Part shown: in pieces, positions 38,724 to 51,285 of the stretch
Numbering within the stretch: the stretch's first letter is position 1
Layout: every line of letters starts with the position of its first letter
Assembly (NCBI RefSeq): GCF_006345805.1
Contig: NC_043006.1
Span: forward strand, 71,238,001 to 71,302,000
Source: Octopus sinensis
Taxonomy: Eukaryota
Reading direction: 5' to 3'
DNA length: 64,000 nt
Notes under the pieces: model-generated
What the model was told of the DNA's origin: nothing
The model's input: the letters and a program-made list of their open reading frames with translations, nothing else
Databases searched by the model: none
Program-made: the position numbers and the translations under genes

Positions 38724-38926
38724 TACAAAGGGGTGCTGAAAAGTTGCTGACTTTGGGAAAAAGAAAATACAGGAGGATCAGTCATGATTTTATTCAACAT
38801 ATTCCCCTCTCAAATTCACACACTTATTAGTAGCCCTTCAGTTTTTCTAAGCCCTGTAAAAGATCTTGGGAGGTTAACCAGGCCTTTTGTGATACCCTTA
38901 AAGCCAGGAACTTTAAGCAATGCCTT
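38724..38926. mobile_element. Mariner-type MITE
   Basis: Imperfect TIRs ggggtgctgaaaagttgctgacttt / aaagccaggaactttaagcaatgcc, embedded in TA repeats. Confidence 0.6.
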
Positions 38927-40263
38927 ATATATATATATATATATAAGATGGAGCAGCATAGTCTACAGAATTCTGATAATCCATTGCCATCACTATAGAC
39001 CAAGTACTGAAAACATAGCTGTTTTTCAGCAAATATGTAAACAATTTTTGATTCTTCTACTTGTCATTGGGCTGAGGCCATGCTAGGGTATCACCTGAGT
39101 GTTTTAATTGAATGAATTGACTCCAGTTTAAAGCCTGGAGCTTACCTTATTGGACTCTTTTGTTAAGTTTCAGGGATGTAAGCAAACCAACATGGGTTGT
39201 CAGTTGGTGGCAGATGGATAAACGTTAATATATACATATACATTAACATATATCTACACAACAGGTTTCTTTCAACCAAATCCACTCACAAAACTTTGGT
39301 CAGCCTGGAGCTGTATTAGAAAACTGCACAAGTTAGCACACAGTGGAACTGAACCCAGAACTATGTGGGTGGGAAACAAAACTTCTCACCACACAGCCAC
39401 ATCTTGACCCAGGCTTCTTTTTGAGTCATTAAAACAGTAAATGACTAATAATTTTTAGACTGTTCTTAGGATTTTTTTCCGATTTTTTGTATCATTATTT
39501 CCATTCTTTGTGGTTGTTGCTGTCAGTTGGATTTTAGCATTTGGCCTGTTGACTTTTATCCTCTCTTGAGACCCAACTCTTTTTCTTCACAACTTTTTAT
39601 TTTTGATGAGGTTGAAAGTTGAACCAGATCATAAAACCATCTTTTTCCTTATGAACCCCTTTCATAACCATTTTATTCTGTGGATCTCCATAGCCATTCA
39701 ATGTTTAACAGTGTTATAGAAACTTCTTCAAAATAGGTGTAAGCTTGGCTGTGTAGTAAGAAGCTTGTTTCCCAATCACATTGTTCCAGGTTCAGTTCCA
39801 CTGTTTGGCACCTTAGGTAAGTATCTTCTACTGTAGCTTTGGAACAAAAGCCTTGAGTGGATTTGGTAGACAGAAACTGAAAGAAGCCTGTCATATATAT
39901 ATTTGTGTCTTTGTACCCCCACCTTCACTTGACAACCAATGTTTGTGTGTTTATGTCAATGTAACTTAGCAGTTCAGCAAAAGAGACTGATAGAATAAGT
40001 ACTAGGCTGACAAAGAATAAGTCCTGAGGTCAATTTCTTCAACTAAAAAAATCTTTTAAGGTGGTGCTCCAGCATGGCCAGTCAAATGACTGAAGCAAGA
40101 AAAATACAAAGATAGGAATTTCTTCGAAACTCCCTATTTTGTTTTTCACACACTCACTTGTATAGTTTCCTGAGGAAACATGTTGAACTACACTAAGCAA
40201 CAGAGAAAGAAACTTATTTCTTGCAATAAATACATCTACGGCATACATTTTCCATGGACCCTT

Positions 40264-40672
40264 AACTCTCTAGCATTTATATTTCTGTCAAGTTTTTTTT
40301 TTACTCCAGGAACAAGGCCCAATTTTTGGGGAGTATGCAACTGGTAATTTATTGACCCCGAAAGGATAAAAGGCTAAGTCAACGTTGGCGGAATTTGAAC
40401 TCAGAACATAAAGACAGATGAAATACTGCTAAGCATTTCACCCAGCATGCTACCATTTCTGCCAGCTCATCACCTTTCTGTCAAGTATAATGCTTAGTCA
40501 TTCACATTGCTTTGAATTGATCATATATTATCTCATAGCTTTGAAATTTTAAAGAGGCGATTGTTTATTTTTAGAAAGACGTTGTAGGATAGGTGTGAGA
40601 GGCTGGATCTGACCAGTTTTGACATAAAACAAAATAGAATATTTGGGCCAGTTTAAATGTTAAAGTATTAAA
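40264..40672 (-). mobile_element. P1-family piggyBac-like MITE carrying a SINE insertion
   Basis: Ends are ttaactctctagcatt / aatgttaaagtattaa. A SINE family 2 copy at ~40300-40470 is flanked by the repeat ttctgtcaag (probable TSD). Confidence 0.65.
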
Positions 40673-42034
40673 ATATTGTGAATCCCCTGCTTACCATTTG
40701 GCTAGTGTGGACCCCAGTTGGGAACCAGTTTTGTGCTTACTTTGGTGTCTGAAGAAGTATAAAAGACCAGCCTCACTTTACTTTGTGCAGATGACAAGTG
40801 TCAAGTGGTTGTACCTACTTGGTTTGGTTTTGGAATATGACAGACATTAGCGTGCCAGATCATGGTCCAGGGGAAGTTTTCTTAACTGAGAGATGTTGGA
40901 GAATGCTCTGCTGGTTGCTGAACACTATACCCAAAACACTATTAATCCTGTGGGCCCAAACATATTGCAAGAAAAATCATTTACTATAGCCCCAGACCAA
41001 CCAATGCTGTACGAGTGAATTGGGTAGATGAAAACTATAGGAAGCTTGTCAAATGTATAGATATGGATGTGCATGCTTGAATGTTGACATCAGACAGCAT
41101 TGCTTGGGCAGAACAGCAAATGTTTACATTCATTGTTAGAATTATGACCAGTTCTGTGATTTTGAAAACCTGAAGAATGAACCCTTGAAGCACAAACAAG
41201 GTTTGGCAACAGCAGCAGCATCCCGTTGTAAAATCTCTGGCCCAACTCCTGCTAGCATAGAAAAAAACGCACATTAAACACGTTTACTGGTCTATCTGTG
41301 GTTGAGTTCCAATTATTTGGGTTCACTCCATATAATGATTTCAACCATCTTTATGCTTTCTGGGATGCTGGATTTGATTTTCTGGAAGTGACTCAAAGAG
41401 TAAGATTATGGTTAGGTCATTACAGACAGTAACCAATGGAAAATATGCTTTGCCTTTGTAACTGATGGTTCCTCTTTTTTTCTTCGTCCATGTGAATGAA
41501 GTGGCATCCAAATGAAAGTTGATGATGTATTCCAGATGAAAATGATGTAGAACGTCTTATAGATTAATTTCAACTTACAATGAAAGTAAACTAAGTTTGC
41601 TTTAGAAGCGTCAAGATGTATTGAAAGGTACAGAAATAATTTCTCAAATGCAAAATACTAATACAATTGCATGAACATTCCAACACTTCTAAAGCAAACA
41701 TAGTTTTACTTTCACCGTAAGTTGAATTTAACATTAGCATCTTATAAAGCTAGATTTATAAATCCTAAAATTGCAGAACAATCCATTACTGGGTAGTTTA
41801 GCTTAAAGGTAAAGCACTTGACACGTAATCAGAGTTTCATGGCTGGCCAGTAACAATTTTTCTGCAATATATGGATAGTTTATCCTGTTCATGCTATTGT
41901 ATTAGCATTATCATGTTTGAGAATAAATTATTACTGTATCATTAGAGACTAATGTTATGTAGTGCACATATACCTGTGATTTTCCAGTTTATATATCTGG
42001 GAGTGTACAAACCCAGTTACTAACCAGTTGTAAT

Positions 42035-42255
42035 GGTTAGTCCACATTACTCTGCACAGGGCTGGTTTCTCTTGCATATACATTCCTTCATGGACAGGAC
42101 AATCCGTTATAGGATCATTCATCTTTACCAGCTGAGTGGACTGGAGAATAGTGAAGTGTTTTACTCAAGAACACAATGCATTGCCAAGTCCAGCAATCAA
42201 AACCACAAACTTTCAATGAGTCCAACACCCTAACCATTATGCCATGCATCTCCAG
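42035..42255 (-). mobile_element. SINE family 3b (tRNA-like head)
   Basis: The reverse-complement head is gcatggcataatggttagggtgttggactc...gtgttcttgagtaaaacac. Related copies lie at ~52190-52490 and 55005-55290. Confidence 0.65.
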
Positions 42256-44496
42256 TTGTAATATTTGCATGTATAAAAGGCAGCCAGCTGGCAGAAACGG
42301 TAGCACGCCAGGTGAAATGCTTAGCAGTATTTCGTCTGCCTTTACATTCTGGTTTCAAATTCTGCCGGGGTCGAGTTTGACTTTCATACAGGGGAGGGGG
42401 TCAATCTAATGGGCTGCCCCTCTCCCCCAAAATTTTGGGCCTTGTACCTAGCGTAGAAAAGGATATTTGTTATGTATAAATGTATATACATACATTTGTT
42501 TGGTACCTATTTTGTTTATGAATCTAAATGGAGAATTCAAGCTGGCTATTAACCAAGTGACAATGCTCTTTCGTTTCAGTTGTCCTAAGTGAGGGTTGTC
42601 GATGAGATGTATTAAAATGTTTTCAGCTAGTAAGTTTTCATTTGGTATTACTTCCCTAGCCTGCAAATATGATTTTGCTTTCTAGATAGCATTCATCATG
42701 TAAACGTTTTTGTGCTCCTTGACAAAGTCATAATTGTTGAATATGCACAACTTTCAGTACATAAACACAAAAAATTATACTGCTGTTACAGCAAACATCA
42801 ACTTGGTATTTAGAGTTACCAAAAGTCTGTCATAAATGAAGACCGATTAAGAACGTATTTTGTGAGGAGAAATATTTGATAAACGTTTAAATCATCTGAG
42901 AAATGATTAGGATGACTATCAGAGTTGCAAACAATGTAAGTCACTATTGCACGATTTTGCTTTCATCTAGTTTCGGTCAATTGGACTGCAATGATGCTGG
43001 GGCACCGACTTAGTCAAACAGACCAACACCAGGTTTCTACCAAATCCATTCACAAGACATTTGTCAGTCTATGACTATTGTAGAGGTGCTGCATAGAGGG
43101 ATTGAACCCAAACCTTGAACACGGGATGTTAAATGATGATGAGGCTCTCTAAGAATGAGAAAGTACATTCTAATAATACAAGTTCCATTCACACACCCCC
43201 CTTTGATGCCACATGATTCAAGGACCTAAATTTGTGAAGTGAAGTTTTGTGTTGCTTTGGATAAATCAAGGCTCATACATTACTAAGGGAGGTAACCGTG
43301 TTAACATTAAAGTTCTGCTTAAATAGGTTTCCATTTTTACACTTTTGTTTGTTACCATATTTCTGTTGAGATGCTGTTTCTTTTAATTAATTTTAAATAA
43401 CAAAGAATTTAGCAAAATAATTTAGTTATTAAGCTAGTGTTCAGAGCTTAAATTGTGACAAAGGTGTTTGGTGGTAGATTATAATTCAGAACTTTTGAAA
43501 GCAAGACATTTGTACTACAGAGCCAGTTTCAACCAGGTCGGTATCAACAGGGTTAATAACTGACGAATATTTCAAATGCCTTCATCGAAATTGTGGATGG
43601 AAAAAAAAATCCAACTACATTAATTAATAATATAAATTAAAAATAAAAAAAATACGTTTGTCTATTTAATGGGAGACAGTTGCCAACCTAATGACTTAGA
43701 ACCAAATCAAATATTATGCTGTTTGTTATTCTGATAATCTAATAACATTAAAATGCATGTTAAACAAGGGATATGTTCAAATATTACTAAAACAAAATGT
43801 TTTTGAAAAACATAGCACTTTTTTTTTTATGTAGATGACAGATATGGTGATCGACCATTAGACAAAACTACCCTATAGTCTGTTTAAATCTTAAGAGTTA
43901 ATCTTTCTTCCAGCCTTAATTTGATGCAATATCAAGCAAATGGAGTAAGGCGGCAAGCTGGCAGAAACTTTAGCGTGCTGGGCTAAATGCTGAGCAGTAT
44001 CTCGTCTGTCTTGACGTTCTGAGCTCAAATTCCGCTGAGGTCAGCTTTGCCTTTCATCCTTTCAGGGTCGATAAGTACCAGTTGCATACTGGGGTCGATA
44101 TAATCGACTGCCCCACCCTCCTCAAAAATTTTGGGCCTGTTGTGTCTAGAGTGGAAAAGAATATCGAGCAAAAGGAGTTTATGTAATACACTATCATTGG
44201 CATGCTGTGCTCTAGAGTCAAATAAAACCAGTAAAATTCTCTTTGGATTAACTATATGCTTACTTTTCACAATATTTGAACAGATGGAATGGTCAGATGT
44301 CAAATTATCTTACAGGTACCAATCCATTGCTACTGGACTTTGGCATAGATGAAAGCTCTATTTTCTTATTGAAATCTGGAACCAACAGAGTTATGTACCT
44401 TGTTCAAAGGCACAACATATACTGAAATTCTCCTGCTTCATGTATTCACAGGTACAATCAACCAATGTACCTTAATCGGAACTATTTTTAATACGT

Positions 44497-45056
44497 TTTA
44501 TTTTCCAACAGGATTACTTAAGTTTCCTTAATCATCTTCTGTGGCACAATGTTCATACTCAATAGCTGTTGAAATGTCTGACTCGTGTTTGTAAGTTTAA
44601 TAATAGTCATTAATAAAATAATTTGTTAACCATTATCCAAATGAAAACTATGAAATTAAAATTTACAATAATTATGCAATACCATTTTATATATTTATGT
44701 TATCAAGCAAGATTAGCTATTTCACAGATCCCATGATAACAAAACCCAAGTAGATTACTTTAAGGTTGGTTCATCACTTGAACCAAAAGCTAGGAAAGGT
44801 CTCCAGGATGCCCTAAGTTTCAACCAATAAGCAGCAACCAGGATATAGCTAATTCAACAAATTGTCAATGTAAAACATCAATACAACAGAAATAAAAGCT
44901 CTGTTCCAAATTGAGCTAACTTTTTTTTCCCTGTTTTTATCTTTAAAAGAATTATTTACATTTTAGAGAAATACAACAGTTTCATTTAAAAAGAAAAACT
45001 TTGAAAACTCAACTGAAGCATGGCTCTCGAATTTTATTAGAACTGAACAAATGACC

Positions 45057-45096
<40 letters not shown>

Positions 45097-46096
45097 AAAT
45101 TGAAGAACATGGCAAAAACTAGCAACAGGTGGAATAACATAGTTATGATAGAGTTTGTCTACCCTCCTGCCAACCTTGACAGCTAACTTGACACACTCTG
45201 GTACAGCACCTTACATAAGACCCTCTGATGGATTTAGTGAAAAAGGGCAAAACCCACCACCAATATGTTTGGTTTCTTTCTTTCTTTGATCCATTTTCTA
45301 TTTTATTTATTTTTTGAAGTAGATGGAAGGAGAGAGGACTGTTGTAGCATACTGACTGGTTCTTTCCAGGTGATTCCTAGACAGGAGATTGACACCCAAC
45401 TAAAATACACATGTCAGAGAAAAGAACAGTGGAACATGCACACACGTACAACCATACCCACATGCACACATTGGTTATTGCAGACAGTGCCGCCATTCAT
45501 AACGTCATTGCTTCCAAACATTCTAATTTGTTCTTGGAGCCTATCAGTGGAGGTGGTGGTGGGAGAGGGAACATGAACTGAAATTGATTGGAAACAAAAA
45601 CAAGTGGGAGAGGGGGATCAATGAATGATTAAACAGCAGCAAACAGATCAAACGTCTGCCTCAAGAGCTACTCTTCCTACATCTCCTCCACAAGAAAGGG
45701 CTACAAAAGTGTCAGGCTAACAGACACATTTGGATGGCAGGATACAATAATCAGGTGAGAAGGAACAATTGAAATAAAGAGGCTAAATAATTAAAAAAAA
45801 AATCATAACACATTATTGGTAAGGATTTCTAATACAACAGTAGTAAGGGAGAGTTTTGTTGGGGGGAAAACATAAGACAGGTGAATAACAGAGCTACAAT
45901 AACAATGAGAGAGAAACAGAGGTGTCAGTGAAATGGGAGGGAGATATCCAGAGTACATCTTGATGAAGTGATGCAGCATTGACAGGCAGATAGTTTACAA
46001 CAGCTCTTGAGGATTTGGGGCCAAAACTGCTGTAGCTGTGAAAGAATGATAATATATCCCCCCTGGTTAGCTCTGCAGCAAGCAAGTGTGCCAGTT
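44497..46096 (-). other. Probable 3' UTR of the p23 gene (distal end uncertain)
   Basis: Unique, largely TE-free sequence follows the stop codon. Minus-strand AATAAA candidates are at ~45301, ~45035 and 44497-44502; which one is used cannot be determined. Confidence 0.4.
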
Positions 46097-46116
46097 TTAT
46101 TCTAAGTCAGGAAGAC
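46097..46116 (-). CDS. PTGES3: p23 co-chaperone, last coding exon: (C)LPDLE*
   Basis: Acceptor ttattttatttcag; GT CTT CCT GAC TTA GAA TAA. It matches the p23 C-terminal xPDLE* and the phase fits the preceding exon. Confidence 0.92.
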
Positions 46117-46538
46117 CTGAAATAAAATAAGAAAAAAAAAATTAAAACCACTGATATAGTTAATATTAAAAAAATATTCTCTTATTTTTCCCACCAATTT
46201 ATATTCAAGATGTAAATAACCAAGTTTAAAATATATTTCAATAAAAGATGTAAATTTCATCATCATAGAAATTTACCAAAATGAAATCATGATCCTAAAT
46301 AGTAAAATTTCATGTTTAAAAAGTTGAAGTGAAGAAAAAAAAATACCTTACATCAAGTTGCTCTAATTATGGAAAATGTTAAGAATCTAAAGAATTTTTT
46401 TTACTCCATTAATGAGCTGCTATCACACACACTCATAACTTAAGAATGATGAACTGAGTGAAAATGGGTTTAATGTTGTCTTAAAGTAAAATCGGTTCTA
46501 AAATGGCAGCAACATCAATGGGAAGAACTACTACTTAC

Positions 46539-46563
46539 AATCATCATCACTATTTTCCTCACT
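46539..46563 (-). CDS. PTGES3: p23 co-chaperone, 25-nt micro-exon: SEENSDDD
   Basis: Acceptor tttgttttttccag, donor gtaagt; acidic DSDD-like motif; phases 0/1 fit both neighbours. Confidence 0.85.
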
Positions 46564-46692
46564 CTGGAAAAAACAAAAATAAAAAAAAAACAATCAGAAA
46601 AGAGAAAAAGAAAAATGAAAAAAAAAATCTTTTTAATGCAAAATGGAAAAAAAGGAGAAAGGTGAAATATTTGGATATGAAAGTTAACTTAC

Positions 46693-46731
46693 TTCTTCAC
46701 CATCCTCGACACCTCCCATTTTATTCATCAT
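46693..46731 (-). CDS. PTGES3: p23 co-chaperone, 39-nt exon: MMNKMGGVEDGEE
   Basis: Acceptor ttcccttttatag, donor gtaagt; matches human p23 MMNNMGGDED. Confidence 0.92.
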
Positions 46732-47122
46732 CTATAAAAGGGAAGAAAAAACACCAAAATAAGTTTTGCAACTATAGATTACTTCAAGATTTTGGCTGTA
46801 AAACAAAACTAAACCAACAAATTCTATGAAGGAATTTCTTCATTAAAGGCTAACAGGTCCATTAAGTCAAATTCAATAACAAATAGGTATATTAGCACCT
46901 AATAGTCTGTTGTTGTCACATTTTAAACAAGATTACTAAACTAGCCATGTAGTAAAGATACACTCAGTCAGTTATACAAACACAGCAAGGTGATAGTAAA
47001 TATAATGTAATTACAGAAATATCACGTGGGCTACGAGGGTCCATCCTAGTAAAATAGGAATCAAAGGGCTCCACAGGTTGTCCTACACAGTCACGGCAAC
47101 ACTTAAGTGTACAGTTACTTAC

Positions 47123-47209
47123 ATCTTTCAAGTTGAAATCATCAGGTTCATCTGTGTCAGAATCATCTTCGTCCTTCCATCTGGTAAAATCTGTTTTCAA
47201 GTGATGTTG
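47123..47209 (-). CDS. PTGES3: p23 co-chaperone exon: QHHLKTDFTRWKDEDDSDTDEPDDFNLKD
   Basis: Acceptor tctattttcag, donor gtaagt, 87 nt; carries the p23 signature DFxxWxDEDD. Confidence 0.95.
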
Positions 47210-47286
47210 CTGAAAATAGAACAGTTGGACATTATTAGTGTGTCACTTAAAATATAACATTAGACACTGTGTCATCTGTTAGAGGG

Positions 47287-47488
47287 CCCTTTAGCATTTA
47301 AACCAGCCATATCCAACCCAAATATTCTACCTGTTCTATATTCAAAGTGGCTCGGTCTGGCCTCTCCCACCTACTCTACAATATCATTCTAAAAAAATCA
47401 ACAAAATGTAAAAGCTACGAGATAATGAGTAATTCAAAATGATGTGAATAAATAAGCATTACACCAATGTAATCTGAATACTAAAGGG
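47287..47488 (+). mobile_element. P1-family piggyBac-like MITE
   Basis: ccctttagcatt...aatactaaaggg followed by TTAA. Other copies lie at ~52795-52968 and ~62595-62765. Confidence 0.75.
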
Positions 47489-47661
47489 TTAATGTGTTGC
47501 ATGACTAACAATTAGACATCATTAATTGAGGTTTCCTTCAAACAATGCAGTTTTGCAAATTTAGCACTTTCTTTAATAATAGGGAGATGTGGAATATTAG
47601 TAACACAGAGAGGAGCACATGTATCTAATGAGTACATCCAGCTGGTCACGTCCTGCATTAA

Positions 47662-50135
47662 CCCTTTAGTGTTCAGACTGGCCAAAACCAGCTGAAAATA
47701 ATTCCACTATATTTGTTTGAACCAGTTGAATCCAGCCACATCAGATTCCTCTACAAAATCACTAAAAGATAAATCACATTACTGAATTCTTGTAGTTTTG
47801 AGATAATGTGAGAAAACTTTTACTGCCTTTATTCAAGTAAAAATATGAAATTGAGACATTTTGGGTTTTTTTTTCAATATTTAAAGAGAAGTGTACATCT
47901 CAGTTTTTAACGATATGGCATCAGCAAGTAGTGATTCTAACTTTGAAGGTTTTACTCTTGATGATGTACAAAATATACAAAAACCAGTGATTTGTCTTTG
48001 GATGAAAATAATTTTGAAAACATTACAGCAACATGGTTGAAAATTACTACATCAACCACAATACCCGATTTCACAGAAAAGACTAGTCCACAATTAAAGT
48101 CTACCTCCTGATGCTCAACCATTGGACTATTTTTAATGAAAAATTCTATTGAAACTGTCAAGGAGGAAACAAATAACTATGCTCAACGCATAATTTCTAT
48201 TCATGAAAGACTTGATCCACTATGGCAGCCAACTGATACTGCAAAAATTGCAAGCCTTTTTTTTTTTTTAATCATTTTTTTCTTTTACTACTAACATGTT
48301 TGGTATCAAACAGCTTCCTCAACTGTGGAACTACTGGAATCCTGATATAAGAGGTATGGTAATCCATATATCTCCAGCATTATGTCTAACTATAGTTAAT
48401 TCATATATTCATCATCATCATCATCATCATTTAGCGTCCGTTTTCCATGCTAGCATGGGTTGGACGGTTCTACTGGGGTCTGTGAAGCCAGAAGGCTTCA
48501 TCAGGCCCAGTCAAATCTGGCAGTGTTTCTACGGCTGGATGCCCTTCCTAACGCCAACCACTCCGTGAGTGTAGTGGGTGCTTTTTACATGCCACCCGCA
48601 CTGGTGCCAGACAGAGCTGGCAAACGGCCACGAACGGATGGTGCTTTTTATGTGCCACCGGCACGAGGGCCAGGCGAGGCTGGCAACGGACACGAAACGG
48701 GGCGGTGCTGGCAACGGTCGCGAAACGGAAAGTTCTCTTACATGCCACCGGCACTGGTAACACATCTGCAATTTCCATTGATCGATTTCGATTCTGATCC
48801 TCACTTGCCTCAATGGGTCTTCACAAGCAGAGTTTCGACATGCCACCGGCACTGGTAGCACATCCGCAATTTCCATTGATCGATTTCGATTCTGATCCTC
48901 ACTTGCCTCAACACGTCTTCACAAGTAGAGTTTTGTGTCCCAAGAAGGGAAGGTATGCATACGTAGGCTGGCTCCATCCCATGTAGAAGGCCACGGGTTG
49001 TGGACTCACTTGTCCTGCCGGGTCTTCTCGCACACAGCACACTTCCAGAGGTCTCGGTCTCTAGTCATTTCCTCAGTGAGACCTAAAGTTCGAAGGTCGT
49101 GCTTCACCACCTCGTCCCAGGTTTTCCTGGGTCTGCCTCTTCCACAGGTTCCCTCAAATGCCACAAGGTACCTCCACCACCAAAGGACTATGACCATTTG
49201 AAATTTCAGGTTGACATTGCATCTCAGTTATGTGAAGACTTTTCTGCCAGAAAGCACAGAACTGTGAGAAAAAAAAATTAACTGAGGTGGTTGTCAGAGA
49301 AATACTGACTTCCATAAAGTAAAAAAAAAAATAAATGGAAGAAAAAGTTTGCAGACTGTGTTCATTGCAAAAAAAAAAAACTACAAAAGGATATCAGGTC
49401 AAGACATGTTCTTGTGTAAAGGGTGCTTTGAACAGTTTCACAATAGAAATATGGCATAACTATTATGTTGTTTGAAAGTAATATTATCATATATTCCTTT
49501 CATTTTATTACAAATATGTAAAAGTGAAAAATACACATTAATTTTCAGTTTGTTACACACCTGTATTTACCTTTGTCTCACCTGTTAATGGGTTTTTTTA
49601 TTAGATGCATTCTGTTATGTAAATGTATTCATTAAATTGTATAAAAGTACATAGCTAATATACCATTGGCTAATAAAAAGTTTTGTACTTTATTTTCAAT
49701 GAAAATTTTTGAATGAGATATAGAGAAAGAATGAAATCTTGAACTCATTATACCTGTATTTTAATCAATTCAAATTAATGTACCTCATTTTGAAAAGTGA
49801 TAAAATTGTTGGCAGTTCACATCTGGGATGATTTTAGCAACAAAACAGGTAAGATGCATTAGAAATTTCAATTTTGGTGTTTAACCATAATGTTATTGCT
49901 TTTACACCTGTTGATTAAATTTACCTGCCCATAAAAGTCAAATTTAATCAGAAAGAACAGCTAAAATTACATAACTATAAACCACTGATATATAAGAACC
50001 CACTGACGAAATTTCAAATCTTTATGTAAAATAATTGAAGTTACAAGCAAATATTGTGGACACTCCTCTTGAGCCTGAATAATTCAAAATAATGTGAACA
50101 AATAAGCATTACATTTGACATATAACACTAAAGGG
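47662..50135 (+). mobile_element. Internally deleted piggyBac transposon (P1) with transposase remnants
   Basis: TTAA-ccctttagtgtt ... aacactaaaggg-ATAA. Remnants: SDSNFEGF, PDFTEK, LPPDAQPLDYF, ETNNYAQ, WQPTD, MFGIKQLPQLWNYW, DHLKFQVDIASQL and a Cys-rich C-terminus (DCVHC...LCKGCFEQFH). The DDD core is missing. Confidence 0.8.
48410..49178 (-). mobile_element. RTE-clade LINE 3' end nested in the piggyBac element
   Basis: C-terminus EGTCGRGRPRKTWDEVVKHDLRTLGLTEEMTRDRDLWK, then 3' UTR and (ATG)n tail. An internal ~60-bp duplication is at 48742-48900. Confidence 0.85.
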
Positions 50136-51189
50136 ATAAAACTATCAAAGCTGACCCAGTTGCAATTCCTACTCCTGACTTAAGTCACCTATCTCACCAC
50201 TTCGGTTCTATCCAGAACTCTTCAGAAGAAGACACTGACTTCTTCACACTCAGTGAAACAGAACTTGCAGTTGATGGATGCATTACTTAATGAGATGCTA
50301 TCAACATATGAAGCAGTAGTCAGAATGATACATTCCAGAAGTGATATACAACTGAATTCTTACTCTATAAAGCACTTGTGCCCACTACCCATATCTTTTT
50401 GCCATAGAATGAAAACAATTACAAGCACTGCCTTTCCTTTCTAGACTTGCTGTGGGTATGTGTGTGTATTAGACAGACAGATGTGATATACACAAGTCTT
50501 AGTGAGCAAGCAAGCAAGTACATGCTTGTGTCCTCTTGACTTAACATTGTTTAACAGTCGTAAAATGCTCCAATATTCTGCAAAAACATGTCGAGCTACA
50601 GGGAAATATTACCTATGGGTTGGCAAAAAGAACGGGCATCTGGTTATAGAAAATTTGCCTCAAACTCTTTGTGACCCATGCAAGCATGGAAAAGCAGACA
50701 CGATGATATATACATATACACACATGCATAACTAGAATATAGCGTCAATTGTCAGAGTTTAATGGTTAAGAGCAAGTGGTAAAATGAAAATAAATTATAT
50801 AACAAAGGAGTGGCTGTGTGGTAAGTAGCTTGCTTACTGACCACATGGTTCCGGGTTCAATTCCACTGCATGGCACCTTGGACTAGTGTCTACTATAGCC
50901 TCAGGACGATCAAAGCCATGAGTAGATTTGGTAGACAGAAGCCCATCATATATATGTTTGTGTGTCCGTGTTTGTCCCCACAACATCGATTGACAACCAA
51001 TGCTGGTGTGTTTACATCCCTGTAACTTAGCAGTATAGCAAAACAAACCAATAGAATAAGTACTAGGCTCACAAAGAGTAAGTACTCTGGTGAATTTGCT
51101 CAACTAAAGGCGGTGCTCCAGCATGGCTGCAGTCAAATTACTGAAACAAATAAATAAATAACCAACAATATTGTTGTCATAAAACATAC

Positions 51190-51285
51190 CTTTTTTTCTT
51201 CCAGTAGCAGTCTAGGCCACCAATTTTCTTCCACCTTTTTTATTACTAAATTTAACTCTCTTCCCCCAATAGTTTGTTTGAACTC
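51190..51285 (-). CDS. PTGES3: p23 co-chaperone exon: EFKQTIGGRELNLVIKKVEENWWPRLLLEEKK
   Basis: Acceptor ttttcatatttttag, donor gtatgt, 96 nt; carries the WPRL signature. Confidence 0.95.

Noticed and set aside
41295-41432. Open frame VVEFQLFGFTPYNDFNHLYAFWDAGFDFLEVTQR
   Set aside because: No recognisable family, weak acceptor and no in-phase neighbouring exon.
46117-46538. Intronic C/D snoRNA (ATGATGA on the minus strand)
   Set aside because: No D box (CTGA) at a suitable distance and no terminal stem.
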